From: Actinomycetota bacterium
GTDB lineage: Bacteria; Actinomycetota; CADDZG01; WHSQ01
Length of the DNA: 38,895 nucleotides
Assembly: GCA_050694195.1 (NCBI GenBank)
Contig: JBOGXG010000040.1
Span: 1-38,895, forward strand
Direction: 5' to 3'
Positions 15,627-24,528 of the stretch are shown here, one piece after another; the stretch's first letter is position 1; each line of letters begins with the position of its first letter. The translations under genes were made by a program, and so were the position numbers. The notes beneath the pieces are model-generated. The model searched no databases. It was given only the letters and a program-made list of their open reading frames with translations, and was not told the DNA's origin.

Positions 15627-17582
15627 CTAGACGTCGCAGTTCACCACCATCCCGGTCGCCTTCGTCCACGTGATGCGGCCGTCGGCGAACGTCGCACGCA
15701 ACAGACCCGCTTGCTTCTCTAGGTCGGCGACGGGGTAGCCGCAATCGGACCCGGCGCTCCCCATGGACCGGTAGCGATCGTCGATCCGGCCCCACAGCGC
15801 GTAGGCCGTCCCACCCTTGTCGGCGAGGTACAGCGTCCCCCGGGAGAACCTCTGCTTGCGGCCGCGACCGGGCAAGCTCGCGGCACGCTTGCCGGCACTT
15901 GTCGGGAGACCCACCGATCCCGTAGGGCCGCCGTTGCGGAGATAAGCCCGCTCGAACGAACCGCGCACCATGTGGACGCCATGCTTCTTCGACCACAGGA
16001 TCCGACCGTCCTGATAGGTGGCTCCCTTGAAGCCCGAGCCACCCCACACGCCGGTGCGAGGGAGGCCGAGGGCCCCGCCCTCCCGTCCCAGGTTGTCGTA
16101 CTTCTTCAACACGGCCCCCCACTGCCATACGGTCTTGCCGGTCGCCTTCGCCCGCGTCATCCGGCCCTTCCGGAAGTCCTGGGCCCAGCCTCTGCCCGTC
16201 TTCCACCCACGAGGGACGGAGTAGGTACCGCTCACGGGATCGCCGGGGCCGTCGAGTTTGTTGTATCGGCTCCTGAACTTCTTGCCGACCTGTGCGCCGA
16301 GATCGACGCGGAACAACGTGTCCTTCAGCCCGAGAACCGATCGAAGAGACCACCCGCTGACTCGAGCGGTCTTGTTCGACCCCTCGATCCGCGCGCCTCC
16401 CTTGCCGTTCACGACCATGGTCACGCGACCAGATACTCCGAAAGGCTTCACGAGATCGAAATCTTTGAGCGCACCGGTTCCGTACGCGGAGTTGAGCTTG
16501 GATGAGAAGGTCGCGTACGACATCGTGATCTTCCACTTGTGGTTGGGGTTGTCGCCTCCCGCCTTGTCGGCCTTGTCGCTCACGCCTCGCAGGTACGGGA
16601 TCGCGGCCCCACCCCATACGTTCTCGTTGTCCTCCGTGTGCCCGCCGGACGACGATGAGTAGAGGGCCTGGATCGTCCCCCCGTTGTACTTCACGATCTG
16701 TCTATCCGTCTCGTCGACGGCCCTCTTCCAATCGTCCCAGTACTCGCCCGACCCGGTCCGCTTGGCGTCCCCGATGTAGGCCTGGTCGATGGTCGAGTCG
16801 TAGACCGCGCAGTCACATGGATAGCGGTGTTGACCGGACCTCTCGATCTTCGAAAGCGCGTAGGTGCGTCCCGCTATGGCTTGAGCCTTCAGCGCCGCCG
16901 CCGGCCACGACGAGGGCACCTCGCCCAAACCGTAGAGGTACTTCTGCATGGGAAGCGAGAGCACGAGGCGCGCGCAGTGGTTGTTGCCGCACGACGACGA
17001 ATCGTAGGAACCGATCTCGGCGCGCCCATAGGCGTACTTGGCCGACTTTCCGGAGACGGACAGCAGCGATCCGAACTTCTCGAAAGTAAGTACGAGTGGA
17101 TGCGAAGGATCCCCGAAGATGGTCCTGCCGTCGTTCTTGACCTTGTTGCCGTTCTTGAAGAGGCGGAACCCGCCGGTGCGACCTGCCTCGGCGCGCCACG
17201 ACGTTCCCGGCCCCCCTTTCGCAACGGTCCCGGATCGACCGGCGACCTTTACCGCAAGACGCCCCGATCCACCCGACTTCTGCGACGAGAAAGAGATGGA
17301 CGATGTCGACGATCCGTAGGCGGGAAGGAGGCCCACACGAACCCTCGACGGGATGGACTCCGATGCGACCTTGGACTTGGAGTAGTAATGCTCGAGGATC
17401 TGCTCCGCGCTCTTCCCTTGCTTGGCGCGACCGAGAGCGCCGTACTGCGACATGCCGATGCCGTGGCCGTAGCCGCCGCCGGTGATCGTCACCGTTCTCT
17501 CGGCGCGGGCGGGTCCAGGAACCAGGAGGGCGCCGGCGATCGCAGTCACCAGCAACGTTCTCGCGATCCTCATCCTTCTCAT
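15627..17582 (-). CDS. Secreted SpoIID/LytB-domain protein with C-terminal LGFP repeats
   Basis: Track ORF 15627..17627 was trimmed to ATG 17582 (MRRMRIARTLLVTAIAGALLVPGPARA signal peptide; AGGGAG 4 nt upstream). It has the SpoIID signature GGGYGHGIGMSQYGA and a later YSSSSGGHTE. The C-terminal ~200 aa carry repeated G.LG.P...G....F..G.I.W modules (LGFP-type). Confidence 0.82.
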   Translation of the reverse strand: MRRMRIARTLLVTAIAGALLVPGPARAERTVTITGGGYGHGIGMSQYGALGRAKQGKSAEQILEHYYSKSKVASESIPSRVRVGLLPAYGSSTSSISFSSQKSGGSGRLAVKVAGRSGTVAKGGPGTSWRAEAGRTGGFRLFKNGNKVKNDGRTIFGDPSHPLVLTFEKFGSLLSVSGKSAKYAYGRAEIGSYDSSSCGNNHCARLVLSLPMQKYLYGLGEVPSSWPAAALKAQAIAGRTYALSKIERSGQHRYPCDCAVYDSTIDQAYIGDAKRTGSGEYWDDWKRAVDETDRQIVKYNGGTIQALYSSSSGGHTEDNENVWGGAAIPYLRGVSDKADKAGGDNPNHKWKITMSYATFSSKLNSAYGTGALKDFDLVKPFGVSGRVTMVVNGKGGARIEGSNKTARVSGWSLRSVLGLKDTLFRVDLGAQVGKKFRSRYNKLDGPGDPVSGTYSVPRGWKTGRGWAQDFRKGRMTRAKATGKTVWQWGAVLKKYDNLGREGGALGLPRTGVWGGSGFKGATYQDGRILWSKKHGVHMVRGSFERAYLRNGGPTGSVGLPTSAGKRAASLPGRGRKQRFSRGTLYLADKGGTAYALWGRIDDRYRSMGSAGSDCGYPVADLEKQAGLLRATFADGRITWTKATGMVVNCDV

Positions 17583-17680
17583 GATGCTCCCTAAAACGAC
17601 ATATCGACCATACGTAGACCTACGCATACAGGTGTTGACTCACGCAACATCACGTCCGGGCCACGTCCGTGAACGAGGCC

Positions 17681-18760
17681 CTACCTTCCTACAACGGAGG
17701 AATAGGCCCCCATGGTCGCGGTCGCGCATCCCTCCCAGGTGAAGCCGGCCGCTCGGACCCGGCCCCCCATGATGCATCGGCGTCTCAGGGCCTCATCCGT
17801 AGCGAGTCGAGCGATCCCCACGGCGATCTCCTCCTCGTCCAGAGGATCGACGAGTAGCGCCGCGTCGCCGAGGACCTCCTCCGCCGCGGGATAGCGACCC
17901 ACGAGCGCAGGCGTTCCCGCAGCCATGGCTTCTAGGGGCGGGAGACCGAATCCTTCGTACAGCGACGGGTAACAGAAGACGTCGGCCGCGGCAAGGAGAC
18001 CGGGCAGTGTCTCGTCGCCCACCCAGCCCGTGAGAACCACGTCCGGAGTGGCCGGCAGGTCGGGACCCCATCCACGAGGACCGGCGAGGACCAGCGTCCA
18101 TCCCGGTAACTCCCGGCGTGCCGACGTCCACGCCGCGAGCAGACGGGTGAGGTTCTTGCGGGGCTCGAGGGTGCCGACGGCGACGACGAAACGCCCGGCG
18201 ATACCCATGCGTCCGAGCACCGTGTCCGACAGGGGGGATGCCCCGAAGAAGACGGGTGACACGCCCTCCGGTGTAACCGAGATCTTCCCCTCTGATGCGG
18301 AGAGCCGCTCGCTCAACTCGGCGCCGATCGCGGCCGTCGGAACGAGAACACGCTGGGCGCGGCGAACGGACCACGGCACCAACTCGCGCAACGCCTCGCC
18401 ACCCGGCCACACATCGTCGCGATAGAACGAGAGATCGTGCACCGTGACTACGCCGGGCAGATGCCCCAGCGCGGGAAGGACGAAGTTGGTTGCATGTATC
18501 AGATCGACGTGACCTACGAGGCGCTCGATCGACGGTCGATCGAAGCGCGTCCACAGGGCGCGCGCGACCCGTTGGGGAACTCGCCACCGTGCGATCGATC
18601 CATCGGTGCGACCCCTGAGGGATACGGCGAACCTCCGAAGTCGGAGCCCGCGCTCCTCCAGGGAGTGGCCGAGTTCGGCCGTGTAGCGACCGACGCCGGT
18701 CGGTGGATCGAGTAAGGGCCCTGCATCGAACCCGACGGTTAGGCCCGTAGCGTCGCCCAT
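17681..18760 (-). CDS. GT4-family (GT-B) glycosyltransferase
   Basis: Track ORF 17681..19126 was trimmed to ATG 18760 (MGDATGLTVGFDAGPLLDPPTGVGRY...). It has the C-terminal EX7E-type motif YEGFGLPPLEAMAAGTPALV. Confidence 0.85.
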   Translation of the reverse strand: MGDATGLTVGFDAGPLLDPPTGVGRYTAELGHSLEERGLRLRRFAVSLRGRTDGSIARWRVPQRVARALWTRFDRPSIERLVGHVDLIHATNFVLPALGHLPGVVTVHDLSFYRDDVWPGGEALRELVPWSVRRAQRVLVPTAAIGAELSERLSASEGKISVTPEGVSPVFFGASPLSDTVLGRMGIAGRFVVAVGTLEPRKNLTRLLAAWTSARRELPGWTLVLAGPRGWGPDLPATPDVVLTGWVGDETLPGLLAAADVFCYPSLYEGFGLPPLEAMAAGTPALVGRYPAAEEVLGDAALLVDPLDEEEIAVGIARLATDEALRRRCIMGGRVRAAGFTWEGCATATMGAYSSVVGR

Positions 18761-18845
18761 GGTCAGGTCGTCGAGAGCGGGGGGCGGTCGATCACAGAAG
18801 GATGGTAGCCGGGAGGTTGCCCGGTGCCTGCGACAATCTGCTGCG

Positions 18846-19943
18846 ATGAACAGTCCGCTGAGGGTGACCATGACGCTCGAACAGTGCTGGCATCGCGTCC
18901 CCGGCGGCACGGCTGTTGCCGGGATCGGGATGGCTCGGGCCGTGGATGCTCGTGCCGACGCCATCGTGACCGGTGTCTCGGCCCGCCACCGGAGCGCTCC
19001 GCCGGCCGCTTGGTCACCCCCGGTAGAGGTTGCCCAACTCCCACTCCCTCGCCTCGCCTTGTACGAGACGTGGCACAGGTTCCGTCGGCCGAAGGTGCAA
19101 ACGGCGACCGGCCCCACCGACGTCATCCACGCGACCTCGCTCGCGATGCCGCCTCGATCGGCGCCTCTCGTCGTTCACATCCACGATCTCGCCTTCCTGC
19201 ACGACCCATCCCACTTCACCCCGCGCGGCGTCCGTTTCTTCGACCGCGGCCTCGCCTTGGCGCGCGCCGAGGCCGACCTCGTGCTGTGCCCTTCCACCGC
19301 GACGATCCTCGATTGCACCGACAACGGGTTCGAGCGCGAGCGACTGCGTTTGGTACCGCTCGGCGTCGACGTCGACCCTGCATCGGCCGAGCAGATCGCC
19401 GCCGTTCGCGAGCGCCACGGACTCACTCGCCCCTACGTGATGTGGACGGGAACGATCGAGCCCCGGAAGAACCTCCCGCGTCTGCTGGAGGCCTTCGACC
19501 GAGTCGAGGAAGATGTCGACCTCGCGCTGGTGGGACCGGAGGGGTGGAACGAGGACGTGCGGGCATTGCTCGGAAACCGCGACCGGGTGAAGGTCCTCGG
19601 GTTCGTCCCGCAAGCCGATCTCGACGCCCTGTACGCGGGGGCCGAGGTGTTCTGCTTCCCCAGCCTCTTCGAGGGGTTCGGCCTGCCCGTGCTGGAGGCG
19701 ATGGCGCAGGGCACGCCCGTGGTGACCTCGCGCGGCACGTCGACGGAGGAATTGGGTGAAGATGCTGCGATCCTCGTAGAGCCGAGAGATGTGGGATCGA
19801 TCGCCGAGGGGATAACGACCGCGTTGAAGGACGAGGGCCTGCGCCGGAGGTTGAAGGCGGCGGGGCCCCGGCGAGCATCCGGTTATCGGTGGGAGACCAC
19901 GGCAGACTTACTGATGAAGGCGTACGGAGAGGTGGTCGAGTGA
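18846..19943 (+). CDS. GT4-family (GT-B) glycosyltransferase
   Basis: Track ORF 18759..19943 was trimmed to ATG 18846 (MNSPLRVTMTLEQCWHRVPGG...). It has the motif FEGFGLPVLEAMAQGTPVVTS and is divergent from the previous GT4 across an 85-bp spacer. Confidence 0.85.
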   Translation: MNSPLRVTMTLEQCWHRVPGGTAVAGIGMARAVDARADAIVTGVSARHRSAPPAAWSPPVEVAQLPLPRLALYETWHRFRRPKVQTATGPTDVIHATSLAMPPRSAPLVVHIHDLAFLHDPSHFTPRGVRFFDRGLALARAEADLVLCPSTATILDCTDNGFERERLRLVPLGVDVDPASAEQIAAVRERHGLTRPYVMWTGTIEPRKNLPRLLEAFDRVEEDVDLALVGPEGWNEDVRALLGNRDRVKVLGFVPQADLDALYAGAEVFCFPSLFEGFGLPVLEAMAQGTPVVTSRGTSTEELGEDAAILVEPRDVGSIAEGITTALKDEGLRRRLKAAGPRRASGYRWETTADLLMKAYGEVVE

Positions 19944-21091
19944 GGAAAGTAGGGATCAACCTGTTGTGGATGGTCCCCGGGGTCGTCGGCGGCTCCGAGA
20001 CCTACATGACGCGCCTCCTCCGCGGTCTCGCCGAACGCGACTCCGGACTCGACTACACCCTGTTCGCGCTTCCTCAGTTCGCCGAAGCGCACACCGACCT
20101 CGCCACATCGTTCGAGATCGCCTACGCCCCTCTCTCGGGCCAGGTGAAATGGTTCCGGGTTGGGGGAGAGAACACCTGGCTGGCGCGCGAGTGTCGCAAG
20201 AGGAACATCGACGTCATCCACCACGGCGGCGGGACGATGCCGATCGTTCGGACGACGCGCTCGATCCTCACGATCCACGACCTTCAGTACCTCTACTATC
20301 CCGAATACTTCACGCCCGCGAAGGTACGGTTCCTACGCACGATGGTGCCGCGATCGGCCGAAGCCGCTCGACTCGTGCTCGTGCCCAGCGAGTACACGCG
20401 CCGCACCATCATCGAGCGGCTGAGCATCGACCCCAGCATCGTGATCGTCGTCCCGCACGGCATCGCGCCGCGCGAGGAACTCGAGATCCCGTCCGACGTG
20501 AGGCGGCGTTACGACATCCCCGGGCCCTACTTCCTCTATCCGGCGGCAACCTATCCGCACAAGAACCACCTCACGCTGTTGCAAGGGTTCCTTCGACTGT
20601 TGGGCGCGCATCCGGACGCGACGCTCGTGCTGACCGGCGCGAAGGCGTGGCAGGAGTGGAGCGTCGCGAAGGAGATGAGCCAGCGGATAACTCACGAGAT
20701 CACGAAGCTGGGCATCCAGCGCCAGGTGAAACGCCTGGGATACGTCTCCAGCGGAGACCTCAACGCGCTCTACAACGAGGCGACGGCGATGGTGTTCCCC
20801 TCTCGGTTCGAGGGCTTCGGCGCTCCGGTGCTGGAGGCGATGGCGAGAGGCTGCGCCGTGATCGCCTCGAACGCGACGGCACTGCCGGAGGTGGTGTCGG
20901 ACGCAGGTGTGCTCATCTCGCCGGACAACGCAGAGGAATGGGCACACGCGATGGCAGACTTCATCGAGAACGAGACGCTGCGCGAGGGATACGTCAAAGC
21001 CGGACGCGACAGGGCAAAGATCTTCGACTGGGATCAGTCGGCGGGCATCCTCGAGGACGCTTACCGCCACGCCCTAGAGACATCGTTGTGA
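19940..21091 (+). CDS. GT4-family (GT-B) glycosyltransferase
   Basis: GTG 19940 overlaps the upstream TGA (GTGA at 19940..19943). The N-terminus is VRKVGINLLWMVPGVVGGSETY and the motif FEGFGAPVLEAMARGCAVIAS is present. Confidence 0.85.
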   Translation: MRKVGINLLWMVPGVVGGSETYMTRLLRGLAERDSGLDYTLFALPQFAEAHTDLATSFEIAYAPLSGQVKWFRVGGENTWLARECRKRNIDVIHHGGGTMPIVRTTRSILTIHDLQYLYYPEYFTPAKVRFLRTMVPRSAEAARLVLVPSEYTRRTIIERLSIDPSIVIVVPHGIAPREELEIPSDVRRRYDIPGPYFLYPAATYPHKNHLTLLQGFLRLLGAHPDATLVLTGAKAWQEWSVAKEMSQRITHEITKLGIQRQVKRLGYVSSGDLNALYNEATAMVFPSRFEGFGAPVLEAMARGCAVIASNATALPEVVSDAGVLISPDNAEEWAHAMADFIENETLREGYVKAGRDRAKIFDWDQSAGILEDAYRHALETSL

Positions 21092-22308
21092 AGCTCGTCG
21101 TCGTCGTTCCTCACTTCGCGCCCGACACCGCCCCGACCGGCGCCATCTTCACCCGGATCGTGGAGGAGCTCGGAGACCGGGGGCACCACGTAGAGGTGAT
21201 CACCGCCCTTCCCTGGTACCGGGAGCACAGGATCGAGCCCGGGTACGAAGGACGACTGACACGTGTAGAGGACACTCCCTGGGGCCGGATCGTCCGCGTG
21301 CACCCCTTCCCCACGAGCGACAAGCGGGACCTCGTGCGACGCGCCGCGGCGTTCAGTGGGTTCAGCCTTCTCGCGGGGGCAGTTGGGATACGCGGCGGCG
21401 CGGTCGATGGCGTGCTCGCCATGTCGCCGCCGCTCACGCTCGGCCTTGACGGGTGGGCGATCGCCAGAGCACGGCGGGCCCGGCTCGTCTTCAACATCCA
21501 GGACGTGTTCCCCGACGTTGCCGTGGAGCTAGGGGTTCTGACGAACCGGCCGCTGATCGAGATCGCCCGCTCTGTGGAACGCTTCTGCTACAAGCGCGCC
21601 GACGCAGTCACGGTCCTGTCCGACGACCTCAAAGGGAACCTGTCGCAGAAGATCAACCCGGAGAAGGTGCACGTGATCCCCAACTTCGTCGACACCGATC
21701 TCATCCGGCCATCGGACAAGGAGAACCCGTACCGGCGAGAGTTCGGCCTGCAAGGCAAGACGGTCGTGATGTACGCAGGAAACGTCGGCCTGTCTCAATC
21801 CCTGGAACTGATGCTCGAGGCGGCGGTGGCCTTGGCTTACGAGCCCGACCTCGTCTTCGTGATCAACGGCCAGGGGGCGGCTCGGGACGATCTCCGGCGT
21901 AGGGCCGGCGGCATGGACAACGTCAGGTTCGTCGAGGCCCAGCCCATGGATCGTCTCCCCGAGGTCCTCGCCGCCGCCGACATCCACCTCGTCCCTCTGA
22001 AACGAGGCCTCGCCGCGGCCAGCGTGCCGTCGAAGACTTATTCGATCCTCGCCGCCGGTCGCCCCCTGATCGCAAGCGTCGATGCCGGGAGCGAGATAAC
22101 GAGGGTCGTGGAGCGTTCGGGGGCCGGGATCTCGATCCCCCCCGAGGATGCGGAGGCGCTGACGAAGGCGATCCGGCGACTGCTCGACGCGCCGGAGGAG
22201 GGTGAGCGCATGGGTCGGAACGGCCGCGCCTTCGTCGAGGGGTGGGCGTCCCCCGGTGCGGTGGCGGAGGCCTACGAGGATCTCTTCGTCAGTCTCCCCC
22301 GCCCCTAG
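21088..22308 (+). CDS. GT4-family glycosyltransferase, WcaI/WbuB-like
   Basis: Track ORF 19966..22308 was trimmed to in-frame GTG 21088, which overlaps the upstream TGA (GTGA at 21088..21091). The N-terminus VKLVVVVPHFAPDTAPTGAIFTRIVEELGDRGHHVEVITALPWY and the C-terminal ADIHLVPLKRGLAAASVPSKTYSILAAGRPLIAS resemble WcaI-type enzymes. Confidence 0.82.
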   Translation: MKLVVVVPHFAPDTAPTGAIFTRIVEELGDRGHHVEVITALPWYREHRIEPGYEGRLTRVEDTPWGRIVRVHPFPTSDKRDLVRRAAAFSGFSLLAGAVGIRGGAVDGVLAMSPPLTLGLDGWAIARARRARLVFNIQDVFPDVAVELGVLTNRPLIEIARSVERFCYKRADAVTVLSDDLKGNLSQKINPEKVHVIPNFVDTDLIRPSDKENPYRREFGLQGKTVVMYAGNVGLSQSLELMLEAAVALAYEPDLVFVINGQGAARDDLRRRAGGMDNVRFVEAQPMDRLPEVLAAADIHLVPLKRGLAAASVPSKTYSILAAGRPLIASVDAGSEITRVVERSGAGISIPPEDAEALTKAIRRLLDAPEEGERMGRNGRAFVEGWASPGAVAEAYEDLFVSLPRP

Positions 22309-22942
22309 GCCCGAACCGCTCCTCGACCCACGGTCTCAGTTCGGTGAGGAAGGCGGGGTCGATCGCGTGCGGCATCGGTGACTCGCGGTAGATCACGTCG
22401 GCGCCGGCTTTCTCGAGGACGTTCTTCGCGTGCCGCCCGAAGTCGACCGTGATCACGGGATCGTAGGTCCCATGGCCGATCGCTACCGGATAGCCGTCGA
22501 GGTTGAGATCGAGTTCGAACCCCTCCGCCTCGGGGATGAATCCGCTGAAGGCCATCACGCCCGAGGGCCGCGGCCTCCCTCTGCCCAAGGACAGCGCGTA
22601 CGACATGACGCCCCCCTGGGAGAACCCGCCGACCACCGTCTGCTCGTGGGTCAGGCCCTGTTCCGCGAGGAACGAATCGAGCCACTCGGCGGCACGCTCC
22701 AGCGTCGGGAAGAACGTCTCCGGATCTGGATATCCGACCTGCCTGACGACGTACCAATGCGCGCCGCCGGGTGGGATCGATAACGGCCCGCGGGGGCAGG
22801 CCCCCACCAACCGCCGATCAGGGTCGAGTAGGTCGAAGAGAGGGAAGAGGTCGCTCTCGTCCGCCCCCCTGCCGTGCAGGAGGATCAGAGCGCCGGCGGG
22901 GTCGCCGGCGGCGGGACGCACACGCTGCTCGAGTGATGTCAT
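22289..22942 (-). CDS. Alpha/beta hydrolase, phospholipase/carboxylesterase (dienelactone hydrolase-like) family
   Basis: Track ORF 22289..23140 was trimmed to ATG 22942 (MTSLEQRVRPAAGDPAGALILLHGRGADE...). It has the nucleophile elbow GFSQGG, later HGTYDPVI, and a PMPHAI (His) region. The 3' end overlaps the convergent GT4 gene by 20 nt. Confidence 0.78.
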   Translation of the reverse strand: MTSLEQRVRPAAGDPAGALILLHGRGADESDLFPLFDLLDPDRRLVGACPRGPLSIPPGGAHWYVVRQVGYPDPETFFPTLERAAEWLDSFLAEQGLTHEQTVVGGFSQGGVMSYALSLGRGRPRPSGVMAFSGFIPEAEGFELDLNLDGYPVAIGHGTYDPVITVDFGRHAKNVLEKAGADVIYRESPMPHAIDPAFLTELRPWVEERFGPRGGGD

Positions 22943-23012
22943 GGACGCGAAGTTCTCCCGTATATCGACAATTATTCGTGTGCTCGTAGAAAAGTTCGCG
23001 TGGGGCGGCGAG

Positions 23013-24473
23013 TCAGCGGCATCCCTCGGGGACCTCACCCGGCTTCGGTAGCTCGATCGGTGTGATCTGCACGATCTTCTGCGTCCTGAACCGCTCGTTC
23101 CCGACGACGACCTCGACGTCGACGCCGGAGGGCGTGTCACCTCTCTTCACCTCGACGCCGGGGATCGCGGCGGCGATCAGCTCGGCCTTGAGCCCGGCCC
23201 CGTCGTTAACCGGATCGAAGCGGATGAAGGTTTCCTCGACGTCGAGCCTCTCGGCGTTGGCAACCTCGACGACGTTGATCGTTTGGCCGACGATCGTGGT
23301 CGCCGTCTCCAGCTCCTCGGCTGCGGCCGCGGCAACACCCTCCTCCAGGGTGCCGTTGTAGACCCCGACATCGATCGTGGCCACCTCGATGTCGGGGACG
23401 TCGACGGAGTCCGCCGGGGACTCGTTGTTCCTGATCGCATCGAACATGACCTCGATGGCCGGCATGTCGGGCACAACGATGGAGATACCGGCCTCGGTGG
23501 TCGTCGTGCCGAGGTTGGGGGCCGTGTAGGCCTCGTAATTGGCCGGGTCGAACGAGCGGAAGCGGCGGGCGATCTCTACCATCTCGCGGATGTCGGTGCC
23601 CTCATCGATCCTCACATTCCTCCCCATGGCATCGATGAGACGATGCACCTTCCCGACATCGAGGAGCGTTCCCACCGACAAGACTTTGTCGATCGCGGCC
23701 GCCAGGAACCGCTGCTGATTCCGGATGCGCTCGAAGTCCCCCGTAGGAAAGTTGCGCGAGCGAACGAAACGTAAGGCTCTCTCGCCGTCGAAGTGGACCA
23801 ATGGGGACTCGTCGATCTCTTCCTGTGTGACCTCGATCCCGGTCTGAGGATCGAAGGGGACCGGCTCGGTTATGCAGAGGTCGACGCCCCCGATCGCGTC
23901 CACGATGTCTCTGAACCCGGCGATGTTCACCTGCGCATACCGGTTGATGTCGATGCCGGTCAATTCTTTGATCGTTGCCACGAGTTGGCCCTTGCCTCCC
24001 AATAGCGCCGAGTTGATCTTGTTGGTGGTGCCGGTGCCGGCGATCGGCACGTAGAGGTCGCGCGGGATCTGCACCATCGTGATGTGATCGGTGGCGGGGT
24101 CGACATGGGCCACGATGATCGTGTCGGCGCGCTCCCCGCTAGCGTCGCCGGCGCCGAAGCTCTGTTGTTCCTCCTCGGTGAGTCCGGCGCGGGAATCGGA
24201 GCCGACCAGGATCACGTTGAACGGTTCGTCCTCGGCAGCCTCCACCACGCCGGGCACGCGCTCTTGAACCTGACCCTGGAGGTGGTAGTAGCGATAGGCG
24301 ACGTACCCGGAGATCGCCCCGATGAGGAACAGAACGAGCGTCGTCACCCACGCCCAGGTATGCCGGAAGAGCCAGGGCCGCCTGCGCTCTCGGATGGTGC
24401 CACCCTTCAGCATGCCGTCGAAACGGGAGGCGGCGAAGGGGTCGGGGTCTGTCCTCTTGAAGGGGTTCCTCAC
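23013..24473 (-). CDS. LytR-CpsA-Psr (LCP) family cell-wall glycopolymer ligase with a C-terminal LytR_C-like domain
   Basis: It has an N-terminal TM (WAWVTTLVLFLIGAISGYVAY) and the LCP core motifs ILVGSDSR, DTIIVAHVDP, MVQIPRDLYV and NKINSA. The C-terminal segment is IDVGVYNGTLEEGVAAAAAEEL. The annotated start is GTG 24473, and an in-frame ATG 20 codons downstream (MLKGG...) is an alternative. Confidence 0.88.
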   Translation of the reverse strand: MRNPFKRTDPDPFAASRFDGMLKGGTIRERRRPWLFRHTWAWVTTLVLFLIGAISGYVAYRYYHLQGQVQERVPGVVEAAEDEPFNVILVGSDSRAGLTEEEQQSFGAGDASGERADTIIVAHVDPATDHITMVQIPRDLYVPIAGTGTTNKINSALLGGKGQLVATIKELTGIDINRYAQVNIAGFRDIVDAIGGVDLCITEPVPFDPQTGIEVTQEEIDESPLVHFDGERALRFVRSRNFPTGDFERIRNQQRFLAAAIDKVLSVGTLLDVGKVHRLIDAMGRNVRIDEGTDIREMVEIARRFRSFDPANYEAYTAPNLGTTTTEAGISIVVPDMPAIEVMFDAIRNNESPADSVDVPDIEVATIDVGVYNGTLEEGVAAAAAEELETATTIVGQTINVVEVANAERLDVEETFIRFDPVNDGAGLKAELIAAAIPGVEVKRGDTPSGVDVEVVVGNERFRTQKIVQITPIELPKPGEVPEGCR

Positions 24474-24492
24474 GCTCGTGATTATGCGGAAT

Positions 24493-24516
24493 ATCGCGCG
24501 CTATCTTCGGCGCGAT
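24493..24516 (-). other. Intercistronic stem-loop between DUF2007-like gene B and the LCP gene
   Basis: atcgcgc (24493..24499) is the exact reverse complement of gcgcgat (24510..24516), with a 10-nt loop. It lies 12 nt downstream of the gene B stop (24529) and 20 nt upstream of the LCP start (24473). Confidence 0.35.
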
Positions 24517-24528
24517 CGTGTACGCCCT

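Noticed and set aside
15627-17582. SpoIID domain taken as evidence of endospore formation
   Set aside because: SpoIID/LytB-domain proteins with wall-binding repeats are widespread in non-sporulating actinobacteria. No other sporulation genes are present in the window.
18761-19126. N-terminal extension of the first GT4 ORF; similar extensions occur at 2335..2475, 22943..23140, 26583..26663 and 36622..36813
   Set aside because: The extensions run into or across divergent neighbouring genes or promoter regions. They are compositionally non-protein-like. In each case an internal start coincides with the beginning of family homology.
19966-21087. 374-codon N-terminal extension that makes a 780-aa ORF (19966..22308)
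   Set aside because: It overlaps the third GT4 gene in another frame and is R/P/G-rich. The WcaI-like homology starts at GTG 21088, which forms a GTGA overlap with the upstream stop.
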